A stretch of DNA of 10,088 nt from Myxococcota bacterium. Lineage in GTDB: Bacteria > Myxococcota > JACRCW01. The stretch lies in assembly GCA_040752415.1 (NCBI GenBank), contig JBFMGU010000339.1:1-10088 (forward strand), in the 5' to 3' direction. A model generated the notes under the pieces. It was not told the origin of the DNA, ran no database searches, and saw only the letters and a list, made by a program, of their open reading frames with translations. A program made the translations under genes and the position numbers. Below, in pieces: positions 1-8,300 of this stretch (its first letter is position 1; each line of letters begins with the position of its first letter).

Positions 1-2
1 AG

Positions 3-683
3 ACGCTCATCACCGCCGTGCGCCCCTTCGCGTTGATCGACTGGAAGAAGTGGGGTTTCAACGCCAGCTACTCGTTCAGCGTCCGCAAGAACTTCCACCA
101 GTACGCGCACCCCACCGTGGACGCGCGTGAGGGCACGTATGATTGCCCCTCGGAAGGCCGCGGCCGCTGCGTGGTGACCAGCGCGGAAGCGGGTCCCCGC
201 CTCCGCAGCACCGACGACCAGAGCTACCTCAAGCTGCCGGATGGTCGCGTGTTGGACCTCAACCGTCGCAACACGGACTTCATCATCTATCACTCGCTGG
301 TGGCGGGCTACACGCTGTTTGAGCAGCTCACGCTCTCCGCCAGCTTCATCTTCATTGACAGCTTCAAGTACTACCTGCCCAAGGACGCCGCGCTGTCCAG
401 CATGTACGTGAAGAATGAGTGGGGCCGGACGCAGTCCACCTGGGGCATCCTCGACGCCACCTGGTCCCCGTTCGAGCGCGTCAGCTTCTCCACCGGCGTG
501 TCCAGCCTGCAGCCGTTGTGGAGCCAGCACCGCGGCGCGGGCTTTGCCGGCTGGGACACCAACGGGCGCGTCTTCGGGGATACGTCGGGCGGCAAGCTCA
601 TGCCCAACTTTCCCTTCTTTGACTTCATGACGCCCGGCAACAACTACACGTCCTACTACTTCGACATCACCGTCAGCATCTGA
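3..683 (+). CDS. 5'-truncated hypothetical protein, probable outer-membrane beta-barrel (C-terminal part)
   Basis: The frame is open from the window edge (acg ctc atc acc gcc gtg..., TLITAVRPF...) to TGA at 681-683, with strong G/C third-position bias. It has several alternating hydrophobic/polar, aromatic-flanked segments typical of transmembrane beta-strands: WGFNASYSFSVRK, FIIYHSLVAGYTL, LTLSASFIFIDSF, STWGILDATWSPF, VSFSTGVSS and the terminal YTSYYFDITVSI. The CDS is well supported. The barrel call comes from sequence pattern only. Confidence 0.7.
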   Translation, partial: TLITAVRPFALIDWKKWGFNASYSFSVRKNFHQYAHPTVDAREGTYDCPSEGRGRCVVTSAEAGPRLRSTDDQSYLKLPDGRVLDLNRRNTDFIIYHSLVAGYTLFEQLTLSASFIFIDSFKYYLPKDAALSSMYVKNEWGRTQSTWGILDATWSPFERVSFSTGVSSLQPLWSQHRGAGFAGWDTNGRVFGDTSGGKLMPNFPFFDFMTPGNNYTSYYFDITVSI

Positions 684-686
684 TTC

Positions 687-691
687 AGGAG
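687..691 (+). promoter_or_regulatory. Shine-Dalgarno (AGGAG) for protease gene 1
   Basis: AGGAG lies 3 nt after the upstream TGA and 10 nt before the in-frame ATG at 702. It is too close (1 nt) to GTG693 for that codon to be the start. Confidence 0.6.
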
Positions 692-701
692 CGTGAACAC
701 C

Positions 702-3700
702 ATGCACAACCGCATGAACAACCAAGCTGCATTCTCTGGAGCGTGGCTGCGCCGCGCCCTGGGTCTGACGCTGGCGGCGTCCCTGCTGGGGACGGGCTGC
801 TTTGTCCAGACGCCCAATGACGACATCAACCGCGTGCAGAAGCCCTACCTGCCGAAGAAGTGGTTCAACGACGGCAAGAGCTGGTACCTGCGTCGCACCG
901 TGGTGGATGCGCCCGCCCAGGCGGAGTTCAACGCCATTGGCTGGGGTGACTGGCCCACGGTGGAGCGTCTGCGTTGGGAGGTCCGTGAGGACATCCTGAT
1001 CGGCTACAAGGACTACGAGATCGTCCCCGGGAGCGAGACGGCCGAGCAGCCCGGCGCCGACTTCAAGGGAACGCCCGCGGTGCTCTTCCCCATCAAGGAG
1101 CACTTCGACATCGCCCGCAGCTACAACCAGGTCACCGGTGAGCAGACCAACGTCATCGGCAAGAACATGGAGCGGCCGTGGTTCGAGCGCGAGTACTTCG
1201 TGGTCGACTGGGGCGCTCCGCTGGTCCAGAACGTGGCCATGGGGGAGTTCTTCTCCTCTCCCGCCGGCGACTACTGGGTGCAGGAGCATGAGGTCACCAA
1301 TCCGGACCGCGCGCGCTTCAGCCAGGACTACCTGGAGTTCACCATCCGGATGGACCATGACTTTGACATCTACGCCTGCCTGGGCGGCCTGGACTGGGCC
1401 AAGGTGCCGGACTGCGCCGCGGGCGTGACGGACGTGCGCTGGAGCTTCAGCCGCGTGAACGAGGAGGAGGACTTCGAGGTCACGCCGTACCCCGACAGCG
1501 TCAACCTGGTGGACGCCAGCGGTGACTACGTGCGCGACGGGACGCAGCAGGCCATCCGCGTCCCCATCTTCGAGAAGTTCGGCTTCTTCCGCCTGGAGCG
1601 CCTCACCTATGACCGCGACCGCGGCGTCACCGACAGCGGCCGCATCCTGCGCGCGTTCAAGTTCAATCTCTGGAAGAAGAGCTTCCGCGACGACGGCACC
1701 GCCATCCCCTACGCGGAGCGCGAGCCCAAGCCCATTGTCTACTACATGAACTCGGAAGTGCCGGAGGACCAGTTCACCGAGGGTGACAACGTCAGCGAGT
1801 TCCTGAAGGGCCTGTCCATCAAGCAGGCCAACCGCGAGATCGGCGAGGACTACAACAAGGTCTTCCGTGAGCTGGTGGCGGTGCTGCAGGGCAAGTGCAA
1901 GGACGCGTCCGGCGCCCAGAGCAGCGCGGTGGGCTGCATCCCGGATGACAGCGTGCCCGCCATGTTCGAGGTGCGGGAGAACGACTGCAACTTCAACAAC
2001 CTCAAGAGCTTCGTGCAGGGCAACGGCCTGGAGAGCTCGCTGGACCGCGAGCCCATCAACGGCCTGGGTGGCCTGGAGGACCGTCGCAACGAGGTGGCGC
2101 GCGCGTGCCAGGAGGACCCCATGGGCCGCACCTGCAGCCAGAAGCGCCAGCACTGGAGCCACCTGCTCAAGCAGGCCTGCACCGTGGTGGAGAGCGCCAC
2201 GGAGAACGCGGGTGAGGGTGAGGCGCGCTTCACCTGGCAGCGCCTTGGCGACGTCCGCTACTCCTTCGTCCACCTGACCGACCACCTGCAGAGCGTGGGT
2301 TGGCTCGGCCTGGGCATGCTGGCCGCGGACCCCATCACCGGTGAGATCCGCAACTCCTTTGCCTACGTGGACGGTCCGGGCACCGACCTGAGCGCCACCA
2401 ACGCGGCGGACATGGTTGACGCCATGAACGACGACATCCTGATGAGCGACCTGGTGTTCGGCGAGAACATCCGCAACTTCATCACGGAGAAGAACGCCCA
2501 GGTGGGCGCCAAGCTGCGCGGCTACCCCACGCAGAGCGAGATTGCGAACATCGAGCGTCGTTTCGCGCGCGCCGGCCGCACGCCGGAGGAGCTGCTGCCG
2601 GAGGGCGGGAGCACCGCGGCCCAGCACAACAAGCTGGCCCAGATTGCCGGCACGCCGCTGGAGAACCTGGTGCTCAATGACCAGGATCTGATGCTCGCCG
2701 CCAAGCAGCCGCTGGACGCGGTCAGCCAGGTCTCCGACGACCTTCTCTCCAAGGCCTCCATGGCCCGCGGCGGCGGCGTCGTGGCCCTCAAGGAGAAGTT
2801 CCGTGAGCGCATGCAGCAGGCCATGGGCGGCAAGGACGCGCCGTGCCGCTACATGCGGGAGTTCATTGACGACGCCATCCTGGGCCTGGCCCTGGACCTC
2901 AAGGACAAGAGCCGCGTGGAGCGTTGGGCCTACCTGCGCTTCATGATCTACAAGACCGTGATGCTCCACGAGGTGGGGCACACCCTGGGTCTGCGTCACA
3001 ACTTCCAGGGCACGTGGGACGCCCTCAACTTCACCAACCGCTTCTACGACCTCATCCAGACCTACAGCTACGTGCCCACCGCCACCGCGCAGAACCCGGA
3101 GCCGGAGCGCGTGGGTCTGGCGCTGGAGGACGGCCTGGACCTGGCCAACGGCCTGGCCAACGCCGCCGCGGAGGGCTCCCAGGAGAAGCTGCAGCGCCAG
3201 GCTGAGGCGGCCATGCTGGACAACTGCATTGCCAAGGTGGGTGAGGACGAGGACCGCTACGTCAACGGCTGCGCCGGCCTGGACTGCAATGACCGCGACA
3301 ACGCGGGCAACGCGGACTGCAACACCTGCCGCGACAACATCCCGTGGGCGCGTTCCCAGGGCCTGGTGATCCAGCTGGACTCCCTGCAGTGCCTCCGCGC
3401 GGATGAGGGCAAGAGCAGCTCCGTGATGGACTACCACGGCAAGTTCCACGGTCGTTTCGGCGGCCTGGGCAAGTACGACGCCGCGGCCCTCAAGTTCGGC
3501 TACGCGCAGGTGGTGGAGGAGTTCGAGGACGACGCGCTGCAGGGCGTGAGCTCCACCTCCAGTGCCTCCACCGTCAAGGACTGGCTGTGGGAGCATGACT
3601 ACAAGAAGATCGCCTTTGAGCTTGGCCAGCCCGCGGGCAGCGGCCGTCCCAACGGCGTGCTTCGTCGCGTCAACAAGCTGAAGCCCTGGAAGGCCACGCA

Positions 3701-5336
3701 GACCACCTGGGCTCCCAGCGCGCTGGAAGTGCCCTACGGCTTCTGCTCCGACGAGTACGCCTACTACGGCGCCCTCGGCGGTACCGACGTCTGCCGCATC
3801 CGTGACTGGGGCGCCAACCACCGTGAGCAGATGGAGCACGACCTGCTCCGCTACAAGCAGTACTACTTCTTCACGCAGTTCGCCCGGAACCGCCTGACTT
3901 GGGATATCGGCGCGGCCATCCAGTCCAACATGGATGTGTTCGACAAGATCCTGCTGACCTTCCAGTACATGTTCTTCTACCGGGCCTATGGTCCCAACTT
4001 CTTCGAGACCGACCTGGGCAAGGACTTCCTGAAGGCCAGCCAGGCGGGCCTGGACCTCTACGCGGAGGTGCTGGGCCAGCCGGAGATGGGTGACTTCCTG
4101 GAGACGGCGGGCGCGCACGGCTTCACGCGCAACAGCCGCGTGCGTGGCCGCTGGCTGAAGTCCACCACGGAGGACTGGCTGGACCTGGATCCCACCACCA
4201 TCAACCAGGCCGACAACACCGGCAGCGGCGTGGCGGTGCCCATCTACTACTACGGCCAGTGTGAGTTCGGCGCGGCGTACTACGGCTGCGGCCCGGCCAC
4301 CAACGGACCGCAGGGCCAGTACCCGGGCTTCATCTGCACGGGCAACCAGTGCGTGATGAACGTGGCGCTCGGCGACGGTCGTCCCAGCTTCCTCAACTTC
4401 ACCAACGACTACGAGGACTGGTTCTTCACCTACGTGGGCAACTACTTTGACAAGGCCAACCTCCTCTTCAACCTGGTGGACGCGCAGGCGTACTTCCCGC
4501 GTCTGTCGGAGGAAGGCAGCCCCAACGTGCGCGTGCTGCGCATCGGCGTGTCGTCGTTGTTTGGCGACAACATCCGCCGCCTGGTCTACAGCGTCATCAC
4601 CAACCGCCCCGACGTGTACGGCAGCCTGTACCGCAATGACACCGGGTTCACGCCGCGCAACTTCGGCTCCCTGAACCCGGAGGACCAGGCCATCCAGCAG
4701 GGCGACGTGCTGCTGCTCCCGCGCCGCATCACCAACCTGCCGTACCAGGCTCTGCTCCTGGGCATGGCGCTGCAGAGCAGCCTGGATGACAGCATCCTGG
4801 ACTTCAGCTCCGTGGCGCAGATTGGCGTCAAGGGTGAAGAGGATGACATCCAGACCTGGGACACCCTGCCCGCGGACCAGAAGGTGGAGTTCACCCACCC
4901 CATCAGCGGCGTGACCTACCGCGCCGCCAAGGTGGGCGACTACCCCGTGGCGTTTGACCTGGTGTCCAACGCCAGGCGCCTGTCCGAGAAGTACGTTGGC
5001 TACAATGACTGCGTGGTGAACCCGCCGAACCGGACGGATGCCACGGTGGATGCCCGCCCCGCGTGCCAGTGCACCTACCTGGGCGCGTTCCGCACCGAGG
5101 ACAAGAACAATGACGGCAGCATCTCCGGCACCGGCTCCGGCGCCACGGATGATGAGTGCGTCATGCTCCGTCCCGAGGACAACCTCTCGCCGTGCGAGGA
5201 GCGCGTCGAGGAGTGTGAGGGCGTGGACAGCGTGGACCTGCGTGACCAGGCGTTCGAGCGCATGGAAGCGCAGGTGGAGCTCATCGAGAACGTCCGCGCC
5301 TTCTACCAGATCTTCGGTTACCAGAACCGTCTGTGA
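702..5336 (+). CDS. Large lipoprotein zinc-dependent metalloprotease (metzincin clan; EcxA/Met-zincin DUF4953-like), paralogue 1, ~1544 aa
   Basis: Long ORF with strong GC3 bias. Signal peptide with lipobox ...LRRALGLTLAASLLGTG-C (Cys codon 798-800). Extended zinc motif HEVGHTLGLRH (HExxHxxGxxH, 2967-2999). Met-turn SSVMDY (Met codon 3426) followed by GLGKYDAAALKFGY. Also carries DPITGEI and FCSD motifs like those of EcxA-type metzincins. Alternative starts are GTG693 and ATG714. Confidence 0.9.
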   Translation: MHNRMNNQAAFSGAWLRRALGLTLAASLLGTGCFVQTPNDDINRVQKPYLPKKWFNDGKSWYLRRTVVDAPAQAEFNAIGWGDWPTVERLRWEVREDILIGYKDYEIVPGSETAEQPGADFKGTPAVLFPIKEHFDIARSYNQVTGEQTNVIGKNMERPWFEREYFVVDWGAPLVQNVAMGEFFSSPAGDYWVQEHEVTNPDRARFSQDYLEFTIRMDHDFDIYACLGGLDWAKVPDCAAGVTDVRWSFSRVNEEEDFEVTPYPDSVNLVDASGDYVRDGTQQAIRVPIFEKFGFFRLERLTYDRDRGVTDSGRILRAFKFNLWKKSFRDDGTAIPYAEREPKPIVYYMNSEVPEDQFTEGDNVSEFLKGLSIKQANREIGEDYNKVFRELVAVLQGKCKDASGAQSSAVGCIPDDSVPAMFEVRENDCNFNNLKSFVQGNGLESSLDREPINGLGGLEDRRNEVARACQEDPMGRTCSQKRQHWSHLLKQACTVVESATENAGEGEARFTWQRLGDVRYSFVHLTDHLQSVGWLGLGMLAADPITGEIRNSFAYVDGPGTDLSATNAADMVDAMNDDILMSDLVFGENIRNFITEKNAQVGAKLRGYPTQSEIANIERRFARAGRTPEELLPEGGSTAAQHNKLAQIAGTPLENLVLNDQDLMLAAKQPLDAVSQVSDDLLSKASMARGGGVVALKEKFRERMQQAMGGKDAPCRYMREFIDDAILGLALDLKDKSRVERWAYLRFMIYKTVMLHEVGHTLGLRHNFQGTWDALNFTNRFYDLIQTYSYVPTATAQNPEPERVGLALEDGLDLANGLANAAAEGSQEKLQRQAEAAMLDNCIAKVGEDEDRYVNGCAGLDCNDRDNAGNADCNTCRDNIPWARSQGLVIQLDSLQCLRADEGKSSSVMDYHGKFHGRFGGLGKYDAAALKFGYAQVVEEFEDDALQGVSSTSSASTVKDWLWEHDYKKIAFELGQPAGSGRPNGVLRRVNKLKPWKATQTTWAPSALEVPYGFCSDEYAYYGALGGTDVCRIRDWGANHREQMEHDLLRYKQYYFFTQFARNRLTWDIGAAIQSNMDVFDKILLTFQYMFFYRAYGPNFFETDLGKDFLKASQAGLDLYAEVLGQPEMGDFLETAGAHGFTRNSRVRGRWLKSTTEDWLDLDPTTINQADNTGSGVAVPIYYYGQCEFGAAYYGCGPATNGPQGQYPGFICTGNQCVMNVALGDGRPSFLNFTNDYEDWFFTYVGNYFDKANLLFNLVDAQAYFPRLSEEGSPNVRVLRIGVSSLFGDNIRRLVYSVITNRPDVYGSLYRNDTGFTPRNFGSLNPEDQAIQQGDVLLLPRRITNLPYQALLLGMALQSSLDDSILDFSSVAQIGVKGEEDDIQTWDTLPADQKVEFTHPISGVTYRAAKVGDYPVAFDLVSNARRLSEKYVGYNDCVVNPPNRTDATVDARPACQCTYLGAFRTEDKNNDGSISGTGSGATDDECVMLRPEDNLSPCEERVEECEGVDSVDLRDQAFERMEAQVELIENVRAFYQIFGYQNRL

Positions 5337-5373
5337 GGAGACAGGTGAACACCATGCGCAAAGACTTCAAGAC

Positions 5374-5377
5374 GGAG
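5374..5377 (+). promoter_or_regulatory. Shine-Dalgarno (GGAG) for protease gene 2
   Basis: GGAG lies 6 nt before ATG5384, which opens a compact lipoprotein signal peptide (MKTLSLFAATAALAFSAAC). A competing AGGTG (5343-5347) lies 6 nt before the in-frame ATG5354. Confidence 0.55.
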
Positions 5378-5383
5378 AATGTG

Positions 5384-8300
5384 ATGAAGACCCTGTCTCT
5401 GTTTGCCGCCACCGCCGCGCTGGCCTTCTCGGCCGCGTGTGCCGCGCCGGTGCAGGACATCGACCGGACCCAGCCGGACTACTACCCCAAGGGCTATTTC
5501 ACGGGTGAGTGGTACGTGCGTCCCACGGTCATCCGCACCCAGTACAACCAGGGAATGCTCTTCGAGGGGTACGAAGGCAACATGGAGAAGGTCCGCTGGG
5601 AAATCCAGGAGGACCAGCTCATTGCGTGGCGCTCCTATGAGTTCATTCCCAACGCGGAGGCCAACCCGGGCAGCCACACGCCCATTGCCATCTTCCGCAT
5701 CGCCAAGCACTTCGACGTGAAGCGCGACTACAACCCGTCCACGGGCGTGGAGACCAACGTCATCGTCGAGAACGACTTTGACCGTCCGTGGTGGGAGCGC
5801 GACTTCGTCCGCGTGGATTGGAGCCAGAACCTGGCCGACGACCTGGACCTGGGTGGCTACATCAAGTTCTTCATGGCGGATGGTCAGATTGCCATCAACC
5901 AGAGCGGCAACGGCGACCGCTACGAGGTGGAGCGCCCGCGCATCACGGCCGAGTACATTGACGTCGTGGTGCGGCACCGTCTCTTCGTGGATTGGGGCTC
6001 CATCTGGGATTACTCCATGGCGGAGCAGAGTGAGGCGGACGTTCGCTGGAGCTTCCGCAAGGTGGACCCCAACAACGACTACGAGCCGCTGGTCTACCCG
6101 GACTTCATCAACGTGAAGACCCGCTACCGCTACGCGCGGCAGGTGGGCGTGGACCTGGTTCCCTGCACGCCGTCCCCCAATGACGCGGGCTGCCAGCTCT
6201 ACGACGGTCCGCCCTCCGCCGGCGCGCGTGACCCCGCTCCGCTGGGCGACGGCACCGCGCTGCCGTCCTGCCTCTCCGCTTCCGACACCGCCACGCCGGG
6301 CTGGGACAACACCGTGCTGTGCCACCCCGACACGCGTCCGGAGGATGACTGCTTCTGCGCCCCGGAGAAGCTGGACCTGTTCGTGGACGGCAACGGCAAC
6401 ATCTGCGACAGCCGCCTGCGCGACACGCTGGACCCGGAGGACTGCAACCAGATCACCTACCCGGTGTTCGAGCGGTTCGGCTTCTTCCGCACGCTGCGCA
6501 TGCCGTTTGACTGGGAGCGCGACTTTGCCTTCAACAGCCGCATCTACCTGGCCAACCGCTGGAACATCTGGGAGAGGAGCCGGGTCACGGAGAACGGCGT
6601 GACGCGCTCCATCCCGTACGCGGAGCGCAAGCCCAAGCCCATCATCTACTACACCAACCCGGAGTTCCCAGAGGACCTGATGCCGGCGGCGCAGAAGATC
6701 GCGGACGACTGGGACGTGGCGTTCCGGGCCACCGTGGCCGGCCTGCAGGGCGTGGAGCCCAACGCGGTGCCGCGCATGTACGAGCTGCGTCGCAACAGCT
6801 GCAGCATCGAGGGCGTCAAGCAGTTTGCCCGCGACAAGGGCCTGGAGTGGGTGCTGGACAAGGCCGTGGGCGGCGTGGAGCGCGTGGAGATGGGCAACCT
6901 CAAGCGCGCGTGCACGGCGCTGGAGGTGGAGACCCTCAACGAGTCCGACGACCGCAAGTTCACCTGGCAGCGCGTGGGCGACCTCCGCTACGCGTTCATG
7001 CACTGGGTGCACACGCCGCAGCAGGCGGGCCCGCTGGGTTACGGCCCCTCCTCGGCGGACCCGGAGACCGGTGAGATCATCAGCGCCAACGCGTACATCT
7101 ACGGCGCGGCGGTGGACACCTACGCCAACTTCGCGGCGGACATGGTGCAGCTGCTCAACGGTGAGATTCCGCCCTCCCAGTTCACCGACGGTGAGAACGT
7201 GGTGACGGAGATTACCGCGGGTCGTGCCAAGGTGAATGAGGGTCTGTCCAAGCGCTCCACGCGTCAGCTGATGGACCGCTTTGACGCCTACGACGCCGCC
7301 AACGCCACCGGCGCCATCCCGCAGCTCCCGGCCGCCCAGGACGTCAACATGGCCGACCCGCGCAGCGCCCTGGCGCTCTCCGACCAGAACGCCCGCCTGA
7401 AGTCCCTGGAGGACTTTGCGGCGCAGCACCTGGTGGACGACGACATGCTGCGCGCGTTTGCCGGTCCGGACCGCTACCAGCCCGGCCAGATTCCCTCCGA
7501 GGAAGCGCTGCGCATGGCCAACCCGGCCAACTGGGGCCGCTACCCCGACCCGCTCAAGCGCATGCTGGGCCAGACCACCGCGGACTTCCGCGCGGAGGCC
7601 GACGCCATGGGCGTGGCGGACCGCTACTCCAAGGTGGAGCGCATGCTGGCGGAGCGGAACATCGAGTACGGCTCCATGCTGGCCGAGCCCGCGGTGTACG
7701 GCCTGGCGCTCAGCCTCAAGGGCAAGACCCGTGACGAGGTGGTGCGCCACGCGCGCCAGGAGATCTTCCGCGGCGTGGAGGCGCATGAGGTGGGCCACAC
7801 GCTGGGCCTGCGTCACAACTTCGCCGGCAGCGCGGACCCGCTGAACTTCATCAAGGACTTCTGGACGCAGCCGGAGCTCAGCGCCAACCCCGCCAGCCGC
7901 AAGTGGGACTACGCGTACAGCTCCATCATGGACTACCACCAGCGCTTCAGCAGCGACTGGGCCGGCATTGGTCCCTATGACCGCGCCGCCATCAAGTTCG
8001 GTTACGGCCAGCTCGTGGAGACGTTTGATGAGACCGAGGGCGAGTTCGTCCCGCGGGACTACTTCGACTTCGCCACCAGCGTGATGGACTACAAGGACCT
8101 GCCCCGCATCCTTGGCGGCGCCGACGTGGACAACCAGTTCGAGCAGGCCTACTACCGCGCGCTGGGCGGTCAGGACCCCATGTTGCAGATGCCGGCGTCC
8201 GTCACGCCCAACATCGACAACATGTACAAGCGCAAGGACGTGCGCTTCAGCGAGGTCTTCGACGAGTACCTGAAGGACATCTACGGCGCGTACGTGGATG

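Noticed and set aside
1702..1745. 44-bp near-identical repeat (4 mismatches) with 6609-6652, suggesting recent gene conversion
   Set aside because: It coincides with the conserved IPYAERxPKPIxYY protein motif. Amino-acid conservation plus restricted codon usage explains the identity, and synonymous differences are present.
5333..5336. GTGA start/stop overlap implying translational coupling at GTG5333
   Set aside because: GTG5333 has no upstream SD. The SD-like sequences lie downstream of it and fit ATG5354 or ATG5384 better.
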